DNA of 6,961 bases, counting the filler, from an uncultured Methanosarcinales archaeon (GTDB lineage: Archaea > Nanobdellota > Nanobdellia > Woesearchaeales > B54-G15), in NCBI GenBank assembly GCA_964519225.1. It is 4 parts of 4 records of this genome, joined end to end, with 100 filler letters (N's around TTAATTAATTAA, not from the genome) between each part and the next. Parts side by side here need not be neighbours in the genome. Positions count along the whole stretch, not along the records: positions 1 to 1,752 come from CAZFJK010000050.1; positions 1,853 to 3,596 come from CAZFJK010000051.1; positions 3,697 to 5,343 come from CAZFJK010000052.1; positions 5,444 to 6,961 come from CAZFJK010000053.1. One strand, given 5' to 3'. Shown one piece after another: positions 1 to 5,712 of this stretch. Every line of letters starts with the position of its first letter. The stretch's first letter is position 1. A program made the translations under genes and the position numbers. The notes below the pieces were generated by a model, which was not told where the DNA came from, ran no database searches, and saw nothing but the letters and a program-made list of their open reading frames with translations.

Positions 1-4
1 TGCT

Positions 5-18
5 AAAAAATTAATAAG
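5..18 (+). promoter_or_regulatory. Putative archaeal BRE/TATA promoter for the HEPN-MNT operon
   Basis: AAAAAA-TTAATAAG, with the TATA-like box 20-27 nt upstream of ATG 38; fits a leaderless transcript. Confidence 0.4.
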
Positions 19-37
19 CTTGAAGAAAAATTGTTTT

Positions 38-403
38 ATGGAATTTTTAAAAGAGAATGCTGAGTATTTTGAAAAAAAAGCAATTGAAGCTTTGAAGGAA
101 AAACCGAGATTTGTTTTGTTTTTTACAGAACAAGCATTGCAGCTGTATATAAAATACATTTTGGCAAAAACTATGGATGATTACCCTAAAACTCACAATT
201 TAAGAGTACTATTCCAAATTCTATCTCAATTTGATTCAAAGGCCGTAGAATTTTATGATGGACATTCTGATGTTCTCGATTTAATTGAGGAATCTTACAT
301 AACTGCAAGGTATATTGGTAAAGAATACAGTATTAAAAGTGCAAAGAGAGCCATTGATGTTTTAAAAAAGTTCAAAGAGGTGTTTAAAAAATGGTTGGAT
401 TGA
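38..403 (+). CDS. HEPN domain protein (archaeal COG2250-like), putative toxin/RNase of a HEPN-MNT pair
   Basis: Motifs LFFTEQALQLYIKYIL, YPKTHNL (conserved His) and YITARY are typical of archaeal HEPN proteins. It overlaps the downstream MNT gene. ATG at 38 is preferred over the TTG at 20 because a TATA-like box lies at 11-18. Confidence 0.9.
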   Translation: MEFLKENAEYFEKKAIEALKEKPRFVLFFTEQALQLYIKYILAKTMDDYPKTHNLRVLFQILSQFDSKAVEFYDGHSDVLDLIEESYITARYIGKEYSIKSAKRAIDVLKKFKEVFKKWLD

Positions 404-747
404 TAGATATCCAGCTCGATGTGGTGAAAAAATTTGAGAAGATTAGGGAAAAGTTTATTGAGAACGCAAAGGAGTTAAAGAGAATAGCATCAAATTTGTT
501 TAAAAACAATTTACATGCTGTATACGTTTTTGGGAGTGTTGTTAAAGGTAAAACGCATGCAATGAGTGATATAGATGTGGCAGTCGTTTTACTTAAACCT
601 GCGAGTGAAAATGAAAGAATTAGACTTTACAAAGAGGTTAGAAAGAAGTTTGGACTCTTACATCCTTTTGAGATTCATGTTGTAACTAAAGATGAGTGGG
701 ATAATTGGTATAGAAAATTCGTTAAGGAAGATTTTGTTGAAGTTTAG
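391..747 (+). CDS. Minimal nucleotidyltransferase (MNT, Pol-beta superfamily), putative antitoxin
   Basis: VYVFGSVVKG...SDIDVAVV carries the GS-x10-DxD signature, with a third acidic residue in PFEIHVV. 118 aa; 13-nt overlap with the HEPN gene. Confidence 0.92.
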   Translation: MVGLIDIQLDVVKKFEKIREKFIENAKELKRIASNLFKNNLHAVYVFGSVVKGKTHAMSDIDVAVVLLKPASENERIRLYKEVRKKFGLLHPFEIHVVTKDEWDNWYRKFVKEDFVEV

Positions 748-752
748 ATTTT

Positions 753-797
753 GAAAAGCTTAAAAATTAGTAAGAAAATTTTTACACGTTTGGTGAT
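753..797 (+). promoter_or_regulatory. Putative BRE/TATA, imperfect palindrome and Shine-Dalgarno upstream of the AbrB-type gene
   Basis: GAAAAG-CTTAAAAA at 753-766, GTAA-N8-TTAC at 770-785, and archaeal-type SD GGTGAT at 792-797 before GTG 801. Confidence 0.4.
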
Positions 798-800
798 AGT

Positions 801-1112
801 GTGAACGAATCAAGGAGAATTTGTTCAAAACAAAGGATTGTTTATGGTATTGTTACTGTTAGTGAGAAAGGCCAGATAGCCATACCCGTTGATGCAAGAA
901 GAGATTTAGACATAAAAACTGGAGACAAGCTGATCGTTCTTAAAAGAAAGGATGGAGCTGGATTGATTTTAATTAAGCTCGATGAAATTGACAAGCTTAT
1001 GTTTTTAGTTCAAGAAGATGAGGAATTTTTTAAAAAATTTAAGGAGGTGATGAAAAATGAGTCAAAAAAGATACACATGCAAAGATTGCAAGTATTACAA
1101 GCCAGTAGATGA
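801..1112 (+). CDS. AbrB/MazE/SpoVT family DNA-binding protein
   Basis: GIVTVSEKGQIAIPVDARRDLDIKTGDKLIV matches the swapped-hairpin consensus (V-x2-KGQIxIP-x3-R-x2-LxI-x2-GD). GGTGAT SD upstream. Confidence 0.9.
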   Translation: MNESRRICSKQRIVYGIVTVSEKGQIAIPVDARRDLDIKTGDKLIVLKRKDGAGLILIKLDEIDKLMFLVQEDEEFFKKFKEVMKNESKKIHMQRLQVLQASR

Positions 1113-1215
1113 GACAAAGGGAGACTGCTTTGGACATGAAGTACCTGCGGATATGCCAGCTGAAAAATGTCCGGCAAAAGCCTTTGAGCCGAGAGAAAAA
1201 AGCAATTATGGGTAA
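1057..1215 (+). CDS. 52-aa four-cysteine protein, putative Fe-S/metal-binding micro-protein (HiPIP/BssC-like pattern); absent from the ORF track
   Basis: Manual translation: MSQKRYTCKDCKYYKPVDETKGDCFGHEVPADMPAEKCPAKAFEPREKSNYG. Cys pattern C-x2-C-x12-C-x13-C. Strong SD GGAGGTGA at 1043-1050, 6 nt before ATG 1057. Confidence 0.8.
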   Translation: MSQKRYTCKDCKYYKPVDETKGDCFGHEVPADMPAEKCPAKAFEPREKSNYG

Positions 1216-1239
1216 CAAAGAAAATTCCATCAAAAATAT

Positions 1240-1576
1240 ATGAGCGTTGATGAAATAATCAAAGAACCGGAATGTCTTGGAAGAAAGAAAAACGTTGATG
1301 GAATGCAAAGACATGGAGTTGCATCTAAAGCAAAAATTCTTGAAGTTCTAAAGTCGAAATCAGGGAAAATTGCTAAAAGAATTGGTAAAAATAAATCAGG
1401 AATTGGCAATTGAATTATGGAAAGCGAAATTTAAATTAAATAAGAATGTAATCAAATCAGCTAAGGAAGTTCAAAAAATAAACTTAAAGAATTCAAAATG
1501 GATTGCCAAAGATGCAATAAAAGAGTTAACGGGTGAAAAGTTCAAGAAGGGTTGGAAGGAAGAATGTTGTGAATAA
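1240..1576 (+). pseudogene. Degraded DNA alkylation repair protein (AlkD-like HEAT-repeat family)
   Basis: Frame 1240-1413 reads MSVDEIIKEPECLGRKKNVDGMQRHGV...KIAKRIGKN, like the AlkD-family N-terminus. It continues in another frame as QELAIELWK, then jumps to a C-terminal-like LNKNVIKSAKEVQKINLKNSKWIAKDAIKELT. Frameshift near 1390-1396; total about 110 aa, roughly half the usual family length. Confidence 0.7.
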
Positions 1577-1615
1577 AGGCTTATGTTTCCTTATTGTTGG
1601 ATTAACGGTGGTTAA

Positions 1616-1752
1616 GTGGATCTTTACGGATTTGAAGTTGAAGTTGTATTTTTGATCCATAACGATGAAGTTTTGGCTTATGCTTGGCATTACGATGAAA
1701 GGAGGGCGTTAAAACATTTAAAGAAAATTATGGAGTATCATAATCTTAAAGG
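1616..1752 (+). CDS. Hypothetical protein, truncated at contig end
   Basis: GTG start 2 nt after GGTGGT-TAA context; open to the gap (MDLYGFEVEVVFLIHNDEVLAYAWHYDERRALKHLKKIMEYHNLK). No family recognised with confidence. Confidence 0.45.
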
Positions 1753-1852
1753 NNNNNNNNNNNNNNNNNNNNNNNNNNNNNNNNNNNNNNNNNNNNTTAA
1801 TTAATTAANNNNNNNNNNNNNNNNNNNNNNNNNNNNNNNNNNNNNNNNNNNN
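1753..1852. other. Artificial contig-joining spacer
   Basis: 44 N + TTAATTAATTAA (1797-1808; stops in all six frames) + 44 N, exactly 100 nt. Confidence 0.98.
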
Positions 1853-1873
1853 AGATTTGATTTTAAATTCGAA

Positions 1874-2647
1874 TCAAAACGCTTTAGCCAATCTTCCTGT
1901 TTTTCTTGCGATGTGGAATGCTAATTCATAAAAGAGAAGCGCGAAGATGAAATAGATTAAAGCGATTATCCATCCGTGAGTTAATGGAGAAAGTGTTCCT
2001 ACTGCTAGTTTTCTTGCTGCAGAAAAGAGAGGAGTGAATGGCATAAATTTTGCAAATGTCTGCATTATTTTAGGAAGATTTTCTATCGGTATTAAAGGAA
2101 AAGAAAGCATGATAAAAAGTTGCAGAAAAGACCAAGTGATGAAGTTTAGTTCTCGTCCTAAAAGGACAAGCAATCCAGCAATGATGATCGCCCAGGTTAT
2201 ACCTAGAAATATAGTAAAAAGCATTAAGTGAATCGTGTATGCTGGAAAAAGAAATAAGAGATTAATGCCAAATACACCATGCGCTATAAGTAACATTAGA
2301 AAAAAGACAGGTAAAGAAATAATTACTGAAAATAAACAATGGGCTGTTATATATTCCCAATGCGTTATGCCTGCTGCAAATACGTTTCTTCCGCTTCTGC
2401 CCCACATATCTTCGTTTACTTCATAATCAGCTGAGGATTGAACAACAAATAAGTAGCTCCAGAATATGTTTACTGTAAGCGCGATTTTTCCTGCGAGACT
2501 TCCAAGCTCTTTAGTCCATAAAGCAAACAAGCCCCAGATTATTATTGAAGTAATAGGAAAATAAAATACTTCAAGCCATTTCCATTTTGAATTTTTAAAA
2601 GTGCAAAAATCCCTTTTTATCAAGCTTTTAATACGATTGATGTTCAT
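1874..2647 (-). CDS. ABC-2 type exporter permease
   Basis: About six hydrophobic segments. N-terminal RIKSLIKRDF...LEVFYFP..IIWG and C-terminal PIENLPKIMQTFAKFMPFT match the ABC-2 motif P-x3-LP-x7-P-x-T. ATGA overlap with the ATPase gene. Confidence 0.9.
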   Translation of the reverse strand: MNINRIKSLIKRDFCTFKNSKWKWLEVFYFPITSIIIWGLFALWTKELGSLAGKIALTVNIFWSYLFVVQSSADYEVNEDMWGRSGRNVFAAGITHWEYITAHCLFSVIISLPVFFLMLLIAHGVFGINLLFLFPAYTIHLMLFTIFLGITWAIIIAGLLVLLGRELNFITWSFLQLFIMLSFPLIPIENLPKIMQTFAKFMPFTPLFSAARKLAVGTLSPLTHGWIIALIYFIFALLFYELAFHIARKTGRLAKAF

Positions 2648-3366
2648 TTTTCTTTTGAATATGTAATCATAAACCGCCTTACTGATTTATATTTCTTCTT
2701 CAATTTTCGTTTTGTTGCAATCATTAAAATCTTTCCATCTCTGATAAGTGCAACTTCTTTTGCTAGGCGTTCTACTTCATTTGCATTATGGGAGGTAAAA
2801 AATATCGTAGTTCCTTTTTTGTTCATCTCTATAAGAAAATCCCTTATTCTTTCTGCTGAATAAGAGTCAAGATTATGCGTCGGCTCATCGAGAATTAAAA
2901 GTTTCGGATCATTGATTAATGCTCTTGCAAGCATAACCCTTGTTTGTTCGCCAGAAGAAAGTTTGTATAAGCTCTTATTCATGAGTTTTTTTAAATTAAA
3001 TATTTCACACAGCTCGTTAATCTTCTGACGTTTATTCGGTATGCTATAAACCTCTGCATAGAAATTCAGTATATTCTTAACTTTTAATGCCCAAGGCTCG
3101 TATTGCTCGCTCATCATGAAATTCACTTTGACAAGCGCGTCACGCTCCAGCGGGTTTTTTCCAAAGATATGTATTGTTCCTTTATCTGGCTTCAGCAACC
3201 CAAGAATGAGATAGATTAATGTTGTTTTTCCTGCTCCGTTTGGACCAAGTAAAGCAAAGAAACTTCCTTTTTTGACTACGAGATTTATATTTTTCAGAGA
3301 AAAGGATAGCTTTCCTTTTTCGTATAATGATTTATACACATTCTTTATTAAAATCGGATATGACAT
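2644..3366 (-). CDS. ABC transporter ATP-binding protein (DrrA/CcmA-like exporter class)
   Basis: Walker A GPNGAGKTT, signature LSSGE, Walker B LLILDEPT, H-loop TSH. ATG at 3366 (MSYPILIKNVYK) is preferred over the TTG at 3423. Confidence 0.95.
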   Translation of the reverse strand: MSYPILIKNVYKSLYEKGKLSFSLKNINLVVKKGSFFALLGPNGAGKTTLIYLILGLLKPDKGTIHIFGKNPLERDALVKVNFMMSEQYEPWALKVKNILNFYAEVYSIPNKRQKINELCEIFNLKKLMNKSLYKLSSGEQTRVMLARALINDPKLLILDEPTHNLDSYSAERIRDFLIEMNKKGTTIFFTSHNANEVERLAKEVALIRDGKILMIATKRKLKKKYKSVRRFMITYSKEK

Positions 3367-3387
3367 ATCTGAGAAGCTGCACAACAC

Positions 3388-3403
3388 ATTAATAAGATTT
3401 TTT
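3388..3403 (-). promoter_or_regulatory. Putative BRE/TATA promoter of the ABC operon
   Basis: Minus strand reads AAAAAATC-TTATTAAT, with the TATA-like box at -29 to -22 from ATG 3366 and no SD; leaderless spacing. Confidence 0.5.
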
Positions 3404-3596
3404 CTTTTTTGAAGATAATCCAAAAACAGAAGTCTCCATTCAGGTTGCTAGGCTTTCTTTTTTCTCAATCTTCATCAATAGTCTACTTCCAACTTTTACC
3501 CTTCAATAAAACTTCTAATGTAATTGTGGAGCTTGGTGAGCTGTCGGAATTAAGGCGAGCCCCAAAGCAATTTGGATGGAATGAGGGTTAAGCGTA

Positions 3597-3696
3597 NNNN
3601 NNNNNNNNNNNNNNNNNNNNNNNNNNNNNNNNNNNNNNNNTTAATTAATTAANNNNNNNNNNNNNNNNNNNNNNNNNNNNNNNNNNNNNNNNNNNN
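3597..3696. other. Artificial contig-joining spacer
   Basis: 44 N + TTAATTAATTAA (3641-3652) + 44 N. Confidence 0.98.
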
Positions 3697-3698
3697 GC

Positions 3699-4169
3699 CG
3701 AGAGCAAAGGATGAAGATGGAATTTGCCCTAAAGAATTTGCATTTAAAATCTAAAAGCTTAGTTTTGGATGTTGGATGCGGAACAGGCATTTTGTTCGAG
3801 TATTTATCGGGTAAAGTGGAAATTCTTGTGGGAATTGACATTTCAAAAAATATTTTGAAAAAGGCAAAGGAAAAGCTTGAAGGCGTGGATAATGTGTTTT
3901 TGATTCAAGCTGACGCTGATCATTTACCTTTTCCAAACGAAGTTTTTGATGCTATTTTCGCCGTTACTTTGCTTCAGAACATGCCTTCTCCAACCGTAAC
4001 ATTAAAAGAAATTGGAAGGGTAGCTAAGTCTGGAGCGCCGATTTTGGTGACTGGTTTGAAAAAAGGTTTCAGGTTTGAGGACTTTAAGATGATGCTTAAG
4101 GATTTTCTTCTAGAAAAAGTTTGGAATTTAGAAGAGTTGAAGGATTATGTTGCTTTGCTGCGCGGCTAG
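3699..4169 (+). CDS. Class I SAM-dependent methyltransferase (Methyltransf_11/UbiE-like), 5' partial
   Basis: Motif I VLDVGCGTG, GIDIS, ADADHLPFPNEVFD and EIGRVAKSG. The frame is open to the contig edge (REQRMKM...), so the true start is probably missing. Confidence 0.92.
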   Translation, partial: REQRMKMEFALKNLHLKSKSLVLDVGCGTGILFEYLSGKVEILVGIDISKNILKKAKEKLEGVDNVFLIQADADHLPFPNEVFDAIFAVTLLQNMPSPTVTLKEIGRVAKSGAPILVTGLKKGFRFEDFKMMLKDFLLEKVWNLEELKDYVALLRG

Positions 4170-4170
4170 T

Positions 4171-4560
4171 TTATGAAATGACATTTTGGATTATTTCGTT
4201 TATTTGGCAATGTTGTTTTTGGATTACCTCGATCATTTTCTTTCCTTTGTCAGTTAAACTGTATAGTTTTCTTCCGTCAATGCTGCAAATCTTTATGATT
4301 TCTTCTTTTTCCATGCTTTTTATTCTCTTATGCAGCTTTCTTGGGTCAATTGAAATAAATGCTTCTTTCTTGAGTGCTCTGCAGAGTTCGCAGAGCCTCA
4401 TTTGTTTTCCATTTAGTTTCTTTAGGATTAGTATGTCTAGAAAGTTTTGGGCGATTTTTTCGCAGAGAGTTGCAAGTATTTCTGCTTTTTCTGGCGCAAC
4501 TATTTGTGGAATCTCTCTTTGTATGGTTATTTGAACTGTGCTGTTTATTGTTCTTTGCAT
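4171..4560 (-). CDS. PadR-like winged-helix transcriptional regulator (divergent)
   Basis: NFLDILILKKL...L..MEKEEII...RKLYSLTDKGKK matches the PadR/wHTH wing motif. ATG at 4560 has a GAGGGG SD upstream; the longer 4692 start overlaps the radical SAM gene and is unlikely. Confidence 0.8.
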   Translation of the reverse strand: MQRTINSTVQITIQREIPQIVAPEKAEILATLCEKIAQNFLDILILKKLNGKQMRLCELCRALKKEAFISIDPRKLHKRIKSMEKEEIIKICSIDGRKLYSLTDKGKKMIEVIQKQHCQINEIIQNVIS

Positions 4561-4617
4561 GATTTCCCCTCTCTGGATATATTTCGAGATTTGATATGTT
4601 TCTTTTATCGTAATATT

Positions 4618-4645
4618 TAATAAACATTTATTCGAAAAACGAATA
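4618..4645 (-). promoter_or_regulatory. TATA-like box with two overlapping inverted repeats upstream of the PadR-like gene
   Basis: Minus-strand TTTATTAA at 4625-4618; AATAAA-CA-TTTATT at 4619-4632; TATTCG-N5-CGAATA at 4629-4645. Confidence 0.45.
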
Positions 4646-5341
4646 CTAAACAAACCTGTCAAGCATACTCCTACAATAGGCTGTTCCATCACATATAGTA
4701 GTGTTCAATTCTGGAAAACCCTCACGGCAAGATGAAAATTCAAGTCCATAACGCAGAACAATAGACCTTAAACGCGTTATAATCGTCTTACGAAAATCAT
4801 CTCTAAGATATTTGTAGCCTAAAATCCATTTTCCATCCGAATAAAGCCTGAAAAGCCTCTTATAGAGCCTATAATCAAGCTTCTTCAATTTTTTAAAAAA
4901 TCCCCTAACAGGCTTAAACGTTGAAGCCGTAATCTGCCTAACCCCCGCCCTAGCCAGCATCTGCACCAAATTCTCAAACTCTTCAGCATCATCATTCACT
5001 CCAGGAATTATAGGGTCTATTCTTGCTGTTGTATAGATTCCCTCCTCTGAAAGTTTCTTAAGCGCATTTACCCGAAGTTTAGGCGGTGGAGCGTTAGGCT
5101 CCCAGAATCCTGCAACATCCTCATCTAAGGTTGTAATAGTCATCGATACAACTGTGGCTGTCGATTTTAGAATGTCTATATCCCTTAAAACCATGTCTGA
5201 TTTGGTCACTATGAGAAGTGGAAACTTGTGTTTGGCTAAAACTTCGATGCATCCACGTGTAATCTTGTAGTATTTCTCCAGCGGCTGGTAGGGGTCTGTG
5301 CAGTCGCTTAGCATTACTGGAAGCTTAGGCCTAGTCTTGGC
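4646..5341 (-). CDS. Radical SAM protein of the SplB/spore photoproduct lyase-like family (COG1533-like), 5' partial
   Basis: SDCTDPYQPLE, IVTKSDMVLRDIDIL, TITTLD, EPNAPPPKLR..ALKKL and RIDPIIPGVND are family hallmarks. The frame is open to the contig edge (AKTRPKLPVML...); the CxxxCxxC motif would lie in the missing part. Confidence 0.9.
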   Translation of the reverse strand, partial: AKTRPKLPVMLSDCTDPYQPLEKYYKITRGCIEVLAKHKFPLLIVTKSDMVLRDIDILKSTATVVSMTITTLDEDVAGFWEPNAPPPKLRVNALKKLSEEGIYTTARIDPIIPGVNDDAEEFENLVQMLARAGVRQITASTFKPVRGFFKKLKKLDYRLYKRLFRLYSDGKWILGYKYLRDDFRKTIITRLRSIVLRYGLEFSSCREGFPELNTTICDGTAYCRSMLDRFV

Positions 5342-5343
5342 GG

Positions 5344-5443
5344 NNNNNNNNNNNNNNNNNNNNNNNNNNNNNNNNNNNNNNNNNNNNTTAATTAATTAAN
5401 NNNNNNNNNNNNNNNNNNNNNNNNNNNNNNNNNNNNNNNNNNN
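5344..5443. other. Artificial contig-joining spacer
   Basis: 44 N + TTAATTAATTAA (5388-5399) + 44 N. Confidence 0.98.
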
Positions 5444-5612
5444 CCTGGGTAGCATTAAGATGGTATTTCTTTTTCCCCTCTATCTTTTTGGGACTGAAAC
5501 GCCTATATCTCTTTTCCATCAATTCATCTATTATTTCAGCGAGTTTTCGTTCAGCAAGAACAGCATCAAGCGCTCCACGAATTATCCTCGAACCTTTACT
5601 TGCTTTAGTCAT
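5444..5612 (-). CDS. Hypothetical basic protein, 3' truncated
   Basis: ATG at 5612, open to the gap, Lys/Glu/Arg-rich; divergent from the B3/B4 gene across an AT-rich 100-nt intergenic region. No family recognised. Confidence 0.5.
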
Positions 5613-5675
5613 GTTATCGAAGATACTTACAATTTTTCGATTTTTATATTTTTTTATAATGGAGAATGAAGAACA

Positions 5676-5691
5676 AACAAAGTTTTTTATA
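5676..5691 (+). promoter_or_regulatory. Putative BRE/TATA promoter of the B3/B4 gene
   Basis: A-rich stretch followed by TTTTTATA (5684-5691) at -29 to -22 from ATG 5713; no SD. Confidence 0.5.
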
Positions 5692-5712
5692 GTTTGATTT
5701 TATTGTTTTTAT

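Noticed and set aside
801..1112. AbrB-like protein as the mercury-methylation-associated HgcC
   Set aside because: No hgcA/hgcB on the contig and only one Cys; a generic AbrB call is all the sequence supports.
1039..1314. 91-aa minus-strand ORF
   Set aside because: Antisense shadow of the four-Cys gene and the AlkD-like fragment; no motifs.
1616..1752. Possible N-terminus of an O6-methylguanine methyltransferase following the AlkD-like remnant
   Set aside because: Suggested only by context; no PCHR motif is visible before the truncation.
2034..2426. Plus-strand ORFs 2034-2231 and 2235-2426
   Set aside because: Antisense to the well-supported permease.
3409..3591. 60-aa plus-strand ORF, and a tmRNA/tRNA-like reading of minus-strand GGGGCTCGCC...CACCA
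   Set aside because: The ORF has no SD or motif. The RNA reading lacks a TTCG T-loop and a cloverleaf and is too short.
3641..4627. ORFs 3641-3841, 3751-3936, 4121-4534, 4346-4627 and 4374-4562
   Set aside because: Shadow or alternate-frame ORFs over the methyltransferase and PadR-like genes; one runs into the linker.
1240..5341. A DNA-repair/defence island linking AlkD-like, ABC exporter, methyltransferase and SplB-like genes
   Set aside because: The genes are on separate contigs, so their adjacency is artificial.
1797..5399. Three copies of TTAATTAATTAA as a biological repeat or CRISPR array
   Set aside because: Each is centred in exactly 44+44 Ns and encodes stops in all six frames; it is an assembly linker.
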